From Okeania sp. (GTDB taxonomy: Bacteria > Cyanobacteriota > Cyanobacteriia > Cyanobacteriales > Microcoleaceae), in assembly GCF_035285525.1 (NCBI RefSeq), contig NZ_JAYKGW010000218.1:1-23028 (forward strand): a stretch of 23,028 bases of DNA, read 5' to 3'. The notes beneath the pieces were generated by a model that worked only from the letters and a program-made list of their open reading frames with translations, was not told the DNA's origin and ran no database searches. Positions 15,084 through 23,028 of this stretch are shown here, piece by piece; positions within the stretch are counted from its first letter, which is position 1; each line of letters opens with the position of its first letter. Made by a program: the position numbers and the translations under genes.

Positions 15084-16691
15084 CTACAGTGCTAACAACA
15101 TTTCAATCTCATTCGTCAACTCATCAGACCAACTTGCTGTCACCCCAATACCCCGAATCGAACCTAAAATAGTCTTCACCTCAGATGACATCAGCACATT
15201 TACAAAGGGATAACGATGCGCCCAAACCATCGCCTGCTCCATATCCAAATAAAAATACCCCTGATTCGACTTTGGCAAAGAACCCACAATTTCCTCAAAA
15301 CCTGCACTACCAATCAAACCATTCTCAGGTACACTCATCATTCCCTCTATCAACGGTTCCCCTAACGCCAAAAACAACGCATTATCATCCAACCACCCAT
15401 AACCAAAAAAAGTACCAACACCAAGCATCTGCCATTCCGTCACCAACTGACTTCCCACCTGTCTCTCCTTAACTGCTACACCTGGATTTTTAATAGCTAT
15501 CTCATTCAACTTTTTCAAAGTCACCTCAGCAGCAGAGCGATCGCTAGTCTCCAAAACCATCGCCCCACCAACACCAGTCGTCCGCAAAATACCCTCACTT
15601 GAAGTAATCAAACCAGCAGCAAACTCTCCATCCATCCAACTAACCTCTCGATCCACATCCAAACCAACTTCCGAAAAAGTATTTCTCACAGTATCCAAAG
15701 CATTCTGCAAATCTTGATTCCCCTGTGCTTGACTCATAACCAGAGACCAAAGTTGACTAATGCCCGTACCACTCACCAACATCATCGTCTCTACGGGAAA
15801 CCGTTGCAAAATTTCACCCGATACAACTCTAGTCAACTCTGGAGACAAAGGAGCAACCAACTTAGTCACCGCTCGTAACCGCACACCCTGATCGTCAACT
15901 CCTATTCCCATCACCAGAGAATTTATTTGTTCAAGTTGCTGTAAACCTCCAGCAGACAAATTTTTTTCTGCCGATAAATCATCCGCAAACTCCCTCACAA
16001 ACTCAGCATAGTTAGGAATAAAAACAGTAGCAATAGCATTCTCAACCCCCGCACTCTGCTGCAAAACCTCAACCACATTTTCACCCATCGAAGCATTCTT
16101 GCCCTGAAACGTATCAATAGCATCTTCCACCGCTGCTGCTACAGGAGCGATCGCCAAATAATCTCCCAAAAGTGCGATACTAAATTTTTTTCTATCCTTA
16201 TCTGTCACCTCTCGAATAGTCACCCCTTGATATTTTCTCTCTCTCACCTTACTTTCATCATCTCCTTTTAACTTAGTCACAAACTTCAAAGCTTGGAACT
16301 TATTTTTAATTCCCACGATCATCAAAAGATTCAAAGATTGAGTATCCAGTCTCTCGTCACCAGGAACAAAAGCCAACATTACTCCACCCAACCAAGGTTG
16401 AATATCCTTTTCCCAATCAATATCATTCTCAGCTAAATTTTCGGCCTGAAATTCAGCATAACTCTCACTTATTAATTTTCTCGCTTCGGGAGTACCAAAT
16501 TGTTGTAATTTAGTAATAGCTTTTTGATTAGGTTGGATAAATGTGGCCATTGATGCGGTTCCTGGCACAACCTGGGCGGTATTGAGAGGACTAGAGACTT
16601 TAATTGCCACATTTTTCAAGTAAAAATATGTAGCGACACCACCTGCTGCAATAAGGACAAGACTAGCAGTTAAAAAATTAAATTTTTTCAT
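15084..16691 (-). CDS. Membrane-anchored conserved cyanobacterial protein, DUF3352-like
   Basis: 535 aa. N-terminal anchor MKKFNFLTASLVLIAAGGVATYFYL, then ...LQQFGTPEARKL...IQPWLGGVMLAF..., which I recall as typical of DUF3352 proteins (family label from memory only). Two HIP1 sites. Codon usage is more C-rich than the neighbours. Confidence 0.7.
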   Translation of the reverse strand: MKKFNFLTASLVLIAAGGVATYFYLKNVAIKVSSPLNTAQVVPGTASMATFIQPNQKAITKLQQFGTPEARKLISESYAEFQAENLAENDIDWEKDIQPWLGGVMLAFVPGDERLDTQSLNLLMIVGIKNKFQALKFVTKLKGDDESKVRERKYQGVTIREVTDKDRKKFSIALLGDYLAIAPVAAAVEDAIDTFQGKNASMGENVVEVLQQSAGVENAIATVFIPNYAEFVREFADDLSAEKNLSAGGLQQLEQINSLVMGIGVDDQGVRLRAVTKLVAPLSPELTRVVSGEILQRFPVETMMLVSGTGISQLWSLVMSQAQGNQDLQNALDTVRNTFSEVGLDVDREVSWMDGEFAAGLITSSEGILRTTGVGGAMVLETSDRSAAEVTLKKLNEIAIKNPGVAVKERQVGSQLVTEWQMLGVGTFFGYGWLDDNALFLALGEPLIEGMMSVPENGLIGSAGFEEIVGSLPKSNQGYFYLDMEQAMVWAHRYPFVNVLMSSEVKTILGSIRGIGVTASWSDELTNEIEMLLAL

Positions 16692-16761
16692 AAAAATTAT
16701 TTTGTTACCTCCAGGAAAAACATCTTTATTATTACTACCTATTGATGTATATTTATTCCGT

Positions 16762-16933
16762 TACTCTAGTAAGTCCGGTTAAGTAACGAAACCCAACAAA
16801 ATTTGGTACTCTAGTAAGTCCGGTTAAGTAACGAAACCCAACAAAATTTCCTACTCTACTAGGTTGGGTTAAGTAACGAAACCCAACAAAATTTCCTACT
16901 CTAGTAAGTCCGGTTAAGTAACGAAACCCAACA
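16762..16933. repeat. 45-bp tandem repeat, 3.8 copies (TACTCTAGTAAGTCCGGTTAAGTAACGAAACCCAACAAAATTTSS), in the divergent intergenic region between the DUF3352-like and epimerase-family genes
   Basis: Unit starts at 16762, 16807, 16852 and 16897 give an exact 45-bp phase. Copy 3 carries CTACTAGGTTGGG in place of CTAGTAAGTCCGG, creating a perfect 8-bp hairpin GTTGGGTT-N9-AACCCAAC. Confidence 0.9.
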
Positions 16934-17072
16934 GCCACCTTACTATTTTTGGGTTTTACTTCGTTCTACCCAACCTAAATTTTGAAGCGTTTCAATCCAC
17001 AAGAAGTTTTTTACTGTTCTCTGGCTATAACCTAATATATTTAAAGATCAAAATAGAAAAAATTTTTGAATA

Positions 17073-17996
17073 ATGAAAATAGCAATTACAGGAGCAACAG
17101 GGTTCGTCGGAACTAAATTAGTCGAGCGTCTACATTCAGAGGGAGACCAAATATTAGTATTAACCCGCAATCCAGAAACAGCCAAACGAATTTTTCCCAA
17201 CTCAGCTTATCCTAACTTAGAAATAGTTGCTTACCAACCAAAACAGTCTGGTACTTGGCAAAAATCTATAGATGGCTGCGACGGTGTAGTTAACCTAGCA
17301 GGTGCTGGTATTGCTGATGAACGCTGGAGTTACAGCCGGAAACAAGAAATTATAGATAGTCGTAAAGTAACTACCGAAAAATTAGTCGAAGCGATCGCTC
17401 AAGCAAACTCTAAACCATCAGTATTAGTTAGTGGTTCAGCAGTAGGATATTATGGTACGAGCGAAACAGCTACTTTTGATGAAACCAGCAATAGTGGCAA
17501 TGACTTTTTAGCTCAAGTATGTCAAGCTTGGGAAACTGCTGCCCAACCTGTAAAAGATGTAGGGGTAAGATTAGTTATTTTACGAATTGGTATTGTTTTA
17601 GGTATGGGGGGAACTATCTCCAAAATGTTAACACCTTTCCGATTATTTACTGGTGGTCCTATTGGTAGTGGTAAGCAATGGTTTTCTTGGATACATATTA
17701 ATGATTTAGTTAGTTTAATTTGGCATTCTCTACGCTACCCAGAAATGTCAGGAAAGTTTAATGCTACTGCTCCGAATCCTGTAAAAATGGCAGAATTTTG
17801 TCAAGAATTAGGAGCCGTTTTAAATAGACCTTCTTGGTTGCCTGTACCCGACTTTGCCATTGAATTATTATTAGGAGATGGTGCTGTGGTAGTATTGGAA
17901 GGTCAAAAAGTTTTACCAAAACAAACTCAAGCTTCTGGCTTTGAATATCAGTATCCAACTGTTAAGCCTGCTTTAAAAAATATTTTGGCTTCTTAA
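17073..17996 (+). CDS. TIGR01777/YfcH-type epimerase-family protein (SDR39U1-like, NAD(P)-binding Rossmann fold plus DUF1731-like C-terminus)
   Basis: 307 aa. MKIAITGATGFVG glycine-rich motif, ~300 aa length, and WSYSRKQEIIDSR ... GSGKQWFSWIHINDL ... NATAPNPV pattern typical of this family. Confidence 0.85.
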   Translation: MKIAITGATGFVGTKLVERLHSEGDQILVLTRNPETAKRIFPNSAYPNLEIVAYQPKQSGTWQKSIDGCDGVVNLAGAGIADERWSYSRKQEIIDSRKVTTEKLVEAIAQANSKPSVLVSGSAVGYYGTSETATFDETSNSGNDFLAQVCQAWETAAQPVKDVGVRLVILRIGIVLGMGGTISKMLTPFRLFTGGPIGSGKQWFSWIHINDLVSLIWHSLRYPEMSGKFNATAPNPVKMAEFCQELGAVLNRPSWLPVPDFAIELLLGDGAVVVLEGQKVLPKQTQASGFEYQYPTVKPALKNILAS

Positions 17997-18108
17997 AATT
18001 TTTAGTTTATCCTCCCTAGCCCCCCCTTTCCAAGGGGGGGGGATAAAGAGACAGAAAAAAGGGTGTCAAATAAGATGAGAAAAAAAGGATAAATAAGAGT
18101 AAATAATT

Positions 18109-18175
18109 TTTGAGTATCAGTATGCTGCTGTTCAAACTACTTGAAAAAATATTTTGGCTTCTTAAAATTTTTGAG
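18109..18175 (+). repeat. Diverged duplicate of the last ~19 codons plus stop and 3' flank of the epimerase-family gene (copy of 17940-18005)
   Basis: A 29-bp identical core AAAAAATATTTTGGCTTCTTAAAATTTTT lies at 17975-18003 and 18144-18172. The upstream ~35 bp have about 10 mismatches. The duplicate translates FEYQYAAVQTT*KNILAS* versus the authentic FEYQYPTVKPALKNILAS*. Confidence 0.8.
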
Positions 18176-18532
18176 AAAGAATCAAGTTGTCATATCTCCC
18201 CCTTTCAAAGCTATGCTTTATAAACATCTTTCTTCACATAAAACTTGGGCATTATCTACAAGTTATGTGTAAGTTTGGGAGTTACTTTTTTGGGAGAAAA
18301 ATGTATTAAAAAACACATTTTTTGGCGGTCACTTAAGTATTTTTACTTAGCTACTATAAATTGTTTTTCCTTTCTCCCCTGATCCTTGCTCCTCTCCTCC
18401 CCACAAGGGTTTCAGGAGTTTATTATCAGGGATAGTGCATCATCGGGGGGTTAGGGGGGATCAAAAACAATCTAACTAAACCTATCAAAATTCCAACTTT
18501 TATTTCTGAACAACTAAACTAACTAATTATTA

Positions 18533-18741
18533 GTAAGCATTCAGCTTTTAGCAGTCAGCAAGAGCGCAAATAATGAATAATTCCTTTTCAGGTAAGGAGT
18601 TTACTTTAGACAGTAACTTTATAATTCTATCTCAATTTCAATAATTGCTTTTAGCTCTTCCTGGCATTAATTGCTGTTAACGTAGTTCCGACCCAGGACC
18701 CTAGCTAATAGCTGATAGCTTCATAGCTGAATGCTTTTACA
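18533..18741. mobile_element. MITE-like element (~209 bp) with TIRs GTAAGCATTCAGCTTTTAGCAGTCAGC / GCTGATAGCTTCATAGCTGAATGCTTTTAC
   Basis: Imperfect ~27-bp terminal inverted repeats of the same family as 8717-8903. No ORF. Ends 7 nt before the stop of the 69-aa ORF. Confidence 0.55.
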
Positions 18742-18747
18742 AATTAA

Positions 18748-18957
18748 CTATTTTGTTTCTTGCAAATTATCTGGATCAACATAATGACATACCGCATCAT
18801 CCAGACAAATTAAAGCCCAACCAGATTCATCAATATTCATCAGTTTATAATCACCTTCCTGAATAAAAAAACCTTTGTGGTTGCGAGTTTCGGGTTTGAC
18901 ATTAACGCCATCTATATCGTTAACTTGAGTGTTATTTAATTGATTATTAAATGTCAT
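18748..18957 (-). CDS. Small hypothetical protein (69 aa)
   Basis: Intact ORF with a strong AAGGAG Shine-Dalgarno 8 nt upstream of the ATG. No recognisable motif. Confidence 0.5.
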   Translation of the reverse strand: MTFNNQLNNTQVNDIDGVNVKPETRNHKGFFIQEGDYKLMNIDESGWALICLDDAVCHYVDPDNLQETK

Positions 18958-19391
18958 TTGAATTTAACTCCTTAGCATTATTTAAAATTAGGTTTAATAT
19001 CAAATCTGTCTGCTTTAGAGAATTAATATTCTCCTTTCACTAATTGGTAAAATATATAAATTTTCTAGGGATATGGTCTTCCAACATCCAAGATATAAAA
19101 TTTCACCAACAATATCAGACTTGATATGAGTCTCTTAAATTGATATTTATCAAAAAAAACTATTTCATTTCTCCATTGGTAATGCACTTCATCGTGACCA
19201 AAGAATTATGCAAATAATTATCTTGATAGTGCAAATTTTATAGAACATTAATTGCCATTAACGTTCTAGTTTAGCTGTAACTTAAAATTTCTTGCTAAAT
19301 TAACACTTAGCAAGTTTTTGATTAATCGCGATCTAGGATTTTTAGGTATTTAGTAGAAAAACCAAGTTCTTAGAGATTTTCTACTTGATCA

Positions 19392-19545
19392 GTAAACATT
19401 TAGCTATTAGCTCTGAGTTTTTCGATGCGGAATCCTCCCGCATTCAGGAATAATAAATATCCTGATTTTGTAGTAATATTTAACTTAGAGTTAAATAAAA
19501 CCAAAGCAATAACTTACTGCTAATAACTGAAGACTGAATATTTAC
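19392..19545. mobile_element. Diverged MITE-like element (~154 bp) with TIRs GTAAACATTTAGCTATTAGC / GCTAATAACTGAAGACTGAATATTTAC
   Basis: The terminal inverted repeats are related to the AAGCATTCAGCT family. An internal hairpin ATGCGG-N7-CCGCAT is present. Confidence 0.4.
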
Positions 19546-19772
19546 CTTTACGATAATTAAGTAATTTCTGAAGTTCTACAAATCATAACATGATATTTTC
19601 TGATTTTTCGTAAAGTTTTTATATGAATTATGAAGTTTTTCAAAGACAATATTTCTATAATTTATCAATTAAGTAGTTGAGAGAGGGAAGAGGTAAGAGG
19701 GAACAGGGAACAGAGAGAATAGGATGAATTAATTTTGCTTATGAACTTATTTTATTTACTTCCCAAATTAAT

Positions 19773-20195
19773 CTAAAGATCAAACAACCAACTCTTAACT
19801 TTAGTAAGACTAGGCCATTCACCTCTTTTATCAAAACCATCCTGAATATTATTTTTAATTTCTGCCAACCACTCTTCATCGGCCATAATCATTTGCTGGG
19901 CTATTTCTACATGAGTTCTAACACCTTTTTCTCCGATTTCTAACATTGCTAAAGCCAGATTAATTCTCGCCTGTGGATCATCTGGATTCAGTTTAACTCC
20001 TGTTTTAGCTGCTTTATGAGCTGACTTAGGTTTTTTTTCTAATAAATATAACCAGGACAAACTAATCCAAGCACTACTACTCTTAGGAGAACGATTAGTA
20101 ATTTCTTTAAATAACGGAATTAAATCTTTTGGCTCTTCTCCAGCTTTATATCTTTCTAATCCTTCTTTATATAATTCTTCAGGTGTTTTAGTCAT
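19773..20195 (-). CDS. Tetratricopeptide-repeat (TPR) protein
   Basis: 140 aa. TPR-like helical repeats (AWISLSWLYLLEKKPKSAHKAAKTGVKLNPDDPQARINLALAMLEIGE). Confidence 0.8.
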   Translation of the reverse strand: MTKTPEELYKEGLERYKAGEEPKDLIPLFKEITNRSPKSSSAWISLSWLYLLEKKPKSAHKAAKTGVKLNPDDPQARINLALAMLEIGEKGVRTHVEIAQQMIMADEEWLAEIKNNIQDGFDKRGEWPSLTKVKSWLFDL

Positions 20196-20312
20196 TTCAG
20201 TTATTAGTTAAAAGCTATCAGTTATTAGTATCGCCTATATTCGAGATTTTCTACTAGCAAAAATTAATCACAAAAAGTTTACTAGAAGATTGAACCAGGA
20301 AAATAAATTTAC

Positions 20313-20348
20313 ACAAAAAATTTAGGGGTACAGTTAATACTGTCCCCT
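20313..20348 (-). terminator. Probable intrinsic terminator downstream of the Fe-S carrier gene
   Basis: The minus strand reads AGGGGACAGTATTAACTGTACCCCT, a ~10-bp stem with one bulge, followed by AAATTTTTTGTG. It lies ~125 nt after the stop at 20474. Confidence 0.55.
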
Positions 20349-20438
20349 ATTATTCCAACTCTTTAATATACCACATCTATCTAGTTTCTCAAAGATGTGG
20401 TTTAACTTAATATTAGGGCATTAGGGCTAGCTGATTAA

Positions 20439-20473
20439 CTCCCTACTCCCTACTCCCTGCTCCCTGCTCCCTA
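20439..20473. repeat. Heptamer array CTCCCTA/CTCCCTG x5, directly abutting the stop codon of the Fe-S carrier gene
   Basis: Read directly. The last unit ends at 20473 and the stop codon occupies 20474-20476. Confidence 0.85.
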
Positions 20474-20830
20474 TTAAGCAGAAAAAGAATTACCACAACC
20501 ACAAGTTTGAGTTGCATTAGGATTAGTAAACTGGAACCCACCACCAATCAAAGCGTCACTATAATCAAGCATTAAACCATAGAGATAAAGAATACTCTTG
20601 CGATCGCAAACCACCTTAAATCCATCATAATCAAAAACCTCGTCATCATTTCTAATTGTGCTAGGATCAGCAAAGTCCATCAGATAAGACATTCCCGAAC
20701 ACCCACCTTGACGTACCCCTACTCTCAAGCAAAGGTCTTTTCCTTGTTTCTCCCTTAAAAATAGAACCTGCTTCACAGCAGCTTCGCTCATCATAATTCC
20801 TTTTTGTTGAGACTGAGTAGCTTGCGTCAT
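20474..20830 (-). CDS. Iron-sulfur cluster assembly accessory protein (A-type carrier, HesB/IscA/SufA family)
   Basis: 118 aa. GGCSG motif and C-terminal TCGCGNSF, giving the three conserved Cys of A-type carriers. One HIP1 site. Confidence 0.9.
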   Translation of the reverse strand: MTQATQSQQKGIMMSEAAVKQVLFLREKQGKDLCLRVGVRQGGCSGMSYLMDFADPSTIRNDDEVFDYDGFKVVCDRKSILYLYGLMLDYSDALIGGGFQFTNPNATQTCGCGNSFSA

Positions 20831-21224
20831 TTGTTTTAGCTCCTAACTTTCAAATAATAAAATAACTTGTGATTAATTCAGTTATATATTAGTTTATATG
20901 TAATAAATATATTTTAGCCGTAACACTATTAGTAGTAAAATCATCATCTTAAATAACTACGTTTTTATTAAAAATTAACTAATATAAAAGTTTTCCATAA
21001 CCAATTGATAACTGGGACATTTTTCTAGAGTTCATTAAAAACTATCCCTATCAATGGTATAATTACTAGAAATTATAGAGATAAACTATATACCAAGTTT
21101 CCCAACTATTGTATAATTATATCTCTTACTTTTTCCTAGGAATCCTTCAGATAATAAAAGACCTTCAAGGAAATGAAAAAAATAAACTTCAGCATTTCAA
21201 ACTTCTGGCAACAGCTATGAGGTA

Positions 21225-21249
21225 CTGATAACTGATAACTGATAACTGA
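21225..21249. repeat. Heptamer array CTGATAA x3 plus a partial unit, about 20 nt upstream of the 547-aa gene start
   Basis: Read directly. Confidence 0.85.
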
Positions 21250-21270
21250 AATGGCAGACATACATAATCT

Positions 21271-22914
21271 ATGGTAGCTCTCAATCCTTCCACAATTCGT
21301 AGGTTAAACAAATTACAACAAGTTCCTAGTGTATGGGAAGGCGATCGCCGTCCCATATATTCTGACTCTAATTCCTATCCAGAATCAGAGTCAGAAACCA
21401 CAAACGAATGTATAATCTGGGTCGATGGGTCCCATGGTATGGTCAGAGCAATGGACATGGTAAATGTAGATACTGGCCCAGAAGCAATTGTCCGGACTTT
21501 ACTGCGGGCTATAGAAAATCCCCAAAGTCCAGCTCCAGCAATTAGGCCACAAAAAATAGTAGTCAAAGACCGAGAAATTCAGTTTTTTCTGAGGGGTGCT
21601 TTACAAAACTTAGGAATTACTATTGATTATGTACCGGATTTACCTCTAATTGACGAAATATTTCGGGGACTACAGGAAGTATCAGATAATCGTCCCCCTC
21701 AGTTACCTCCTCAATATGCGGAAGCTTTAGTAAAACAAGCAGGTCAAATTTGGGATGATGCTCCTTGGGAAATATTAGGAGAGCATCAAATCATATCTAT
21801 AGAGCTTAATAAATGGGATATTGAAAATTTGTATGTCTGTGTTTTGGGTAAAATGGGGATGGACTATGGAGTTTTGTTGTATCGTTCTTTAGATTCTCTA
21901 AAAAGGTTTAGGCAAAGAGTAGCTGATGAAAAATCTTACGACAATTTAGAGGAAGCTTTTTTAGGGCAAGATTGTCTTTTCCTTACTTATGATACTTCTC
22001 AGGCAGAAAGTAACGAAAATGGGAAGAAAAACTCCAAAAAATCATCAGTATCAGAAATTCAGGCTAACTTTGGTAGTTTACATCCTTTAGAAGGTTTAAG
22101 GTCTATTCTCTATGAGGAGGAAGCAGTCACAACATTTGTCAGTTTAGAAGCACTACATCGCTTTTTGCGAGCCTCCCGAAAAAAAATAAAAGGTGATAAG
22201 TTCCCTCGCATTAGTAGTCGCTACAAGATTACCATACCAAATTCAGATGAAGTAGAAGTAGTATCTGTGAAAGTTACAACTATGCCAGAGGTAGCAGAAG
22301 AATTGTATGAAATGGTTTTGGAGGCTGATGATAATGAGGAGGAAGAGGAAGATGTAGAATATGAGATGCCTATTCTTAAGGATGATTTAGTTCCACAAAA
22401 ATCATTCTTAAGTTTGGGATTAGTACCTTGGGAAACAGTGGAATATTTAAGGAATAATACCAAAGAATATCAGGCAGCGGCAGGAGATATTGAACAATCA
22501 GGAGAAGGTCTACCTATCATTTTAATTCAGACTTCTTTACCAAAAGCAATTAAGTTATTAGCAGATTTAGAGGAAGCTGAGGGACTTCATGGTATAGGAT
22601 TTAATCCAGGTGAAGATCCCATAGAAGAGAAAAAATATGATTTGGGTTTATTGAAAACTCACGATGGTGTACTGCATCTATTTGGAGAATTTGTGCAAAA
22701 TGACCCAGTACACCAGAAAGCTAAAGAAAAATGGGACGAACGTTGTCATGTTACTGGTGGTTGGTGTGGTTTGGTTATTGCTAGGGGTATAACAGGTGCT
22801 TCCCGTGGTCAACCTGAACTGAAAGATATGGTCGCTTTGTTTGAAGTTCGCTCATTGTCCTCTACAGAATTGGATGTTGGACCATTAAAGTTAGTACCAG
22901 TATCTTATGAATAG
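21271..22914 (+). CDS. Conserved hypothetical protein with an internal acidic low-complexity insert
   Basis: 547-aa uninterrupted ORF with one HIP1 site near the 5' end. There is an EADDNEEEEEDVEYE acidic stretch. No motif I can name. Confidence 0.7.
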   Translation: MVALNPSTIRRLNKLQQVPSVWEGDRRPIYSDSNSYPESESETTNECIIWVDGSHGMVRAMDMVNVDTGPEAIVRTLLRAIENPQSPAPAIRPQKIVVKDREIQFFLRGALQNLGITIDYVPDLPLIDEIFRGLQEVSDNRPPQLPPQYAEALVKQAGQIWDDAPWEILGEHQIISIELNKWDIENLYVCVLGKMGMDYGVLLYRSLDSLKRFRQRVADEKSYDNLEEAFLGQDCLFLTYDTSQAESNENGKKNSKKSSVSEIQANFGSLHPLEGLRSILYEEEAVTTFVSLEALHRFLRASRKKIKGDKFPRISSRYKITIPNSDEVEVVSVKVTTMPEVAEELYEMVLEADDNEEEEEDVEYEMPILKDDLVPQKSFLSLGLVPWETVEYLRNNTKEYQAAAGDIEQSGEGLPIILIQTSLPKAIKLLADLEEAEGLHGIGFNPGEDPIEEKKYDLGLLKTHDGVLHLFGEFVQNDPVHQKAKEKWDERCHVTGGWCGLVIARGITGASRGQPELKDMVALFEVRSLSSTELDVGPLKLVPVSYE

Positions 22915-23028
22915 GGAGTAGGGAGTACGAAGTAGGGAGTACGAAGTAGGGAGTACGAAGTAGGGAGTACGAAGTAGGGAGTACGAAGTAGGGAGTACGA
23001 AGTAGGGAGTACGAAGTAGGGAGTACGA
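22914..23028. repeat. 14-bp tandem array GGGAGTACGAAGTA (two alternating heptamers), about 7.5 copies, running to the window edge
   Basis: Read directly. The array begins inside the TAG stop codon (22912-22914) of the 547-aa gene. Confidence 0.9.

Noticed and set aside
15185-15472. 95-aa plus-strand ORF rich in P/T/H/Q
   Set aside because: It is antisense to the DUF3352-like gene. Its composition reflects the complementary strand of a C-rich coding region.
16762-16933. Possible CRISPR array (also considered for 1-96 and 22914-23028)
   Set aside because: The whole unit is repeated with no unique spacers. Periods of 45, 55 and 14 bp with 0-14 bp of non-repeat sequence do not fit repeat-spacer geometry, and no cas genes are in the window.
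16753-16938. 61-aa minus-strand ORF (VGFRYLTGLTRVGNF x4)
   Set aside because: It is the translation of the 45-bp tandem repeat. Only one of six frames is open, which is plausible by chance. It has a GTG start and no convincing RBS. I kept it only as a low-probability note in the repeat finding.
17764-17958. Minus-strand ORF within the epimerase-family gene (also 21375-21566 and 22221-22463 within the 547-aa gene)
   Set aside because: These are antisense to well-supported longer ORFs. The 22221 ORF is the S-rich antisense of the acidic insert.
1-23028. tRNA, rRNA, tmRNA or riboswitch genes
   Set aside because: A visual scan for T-loop (GGTTCGAATCC-like) and acceptor-stem patterns, and for known cyanobacterial leader motifs, found nothing convincing. 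A proper tRNAscan/Infernal run is still needed.

Overview
AT-rich chromosomal segment that looks like a filamentous (Nostocales-type) cyanobacterium. I count 12 HIP1 octamers (GCGATCGC), all inside conserved-looking genes. Short tandem 7-9-mer arrays (STRR-like: CCCTGTT, GGGAGTA, CTGATAA, CCTTCTG, TTTTCTCCC) and small inverted-repeat (MITE-like) elements fill most intergenic spaces. Housekeeping or conserved genes: murD, a NodB-type polysaccharide deacetylase, a DUF3352-like membrane protein, a YfcH/TIGR01777-type epimerase-family protein, an A-type Fe-S carrier, a TPR protein and a 547-aa conserved hypothetical. Accessory content: (i) next to murD, a Uma2-family nuclease followed by a compact C-protein-controlled Type II restriction-modification cassette. 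The m5C methyltransferase is convergent with a C-R operon. The nuclease is a Cys-rich HNH/zinc-ribbon-type protein, and a C-box-like operator can be read upstream of the C gene. (ii) An about 0.8-kb block of nested non-coding repeats. (iii) An RTX-repeat/CAP-domain fusion protein. (iv) A 947-aa SLH + WD40 seven-blade protein. (v) An about 3-kb gene-decay block (11.9-14.9 kb) holding a TerD-family pseudogene split by a ~100-bp palindromic element, a frameshifted SAM methyltransferase plus an internally deleted tandem paralogue remnant, and a betaine-pathway-like (sarcosine/dimethylglycine N-methyltransferase-like) pseudogene. No tRNA, rRNA, CRISPR array, transposase or integrase gene was recognised. 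The best candidate for a system worth follow-up is the Uma2 / m5C-MTase / HNH-Zn nuclease / C-protein island, together with the repeats that bracket it. All functional calls come from motif reading by eye; no database search was possible.
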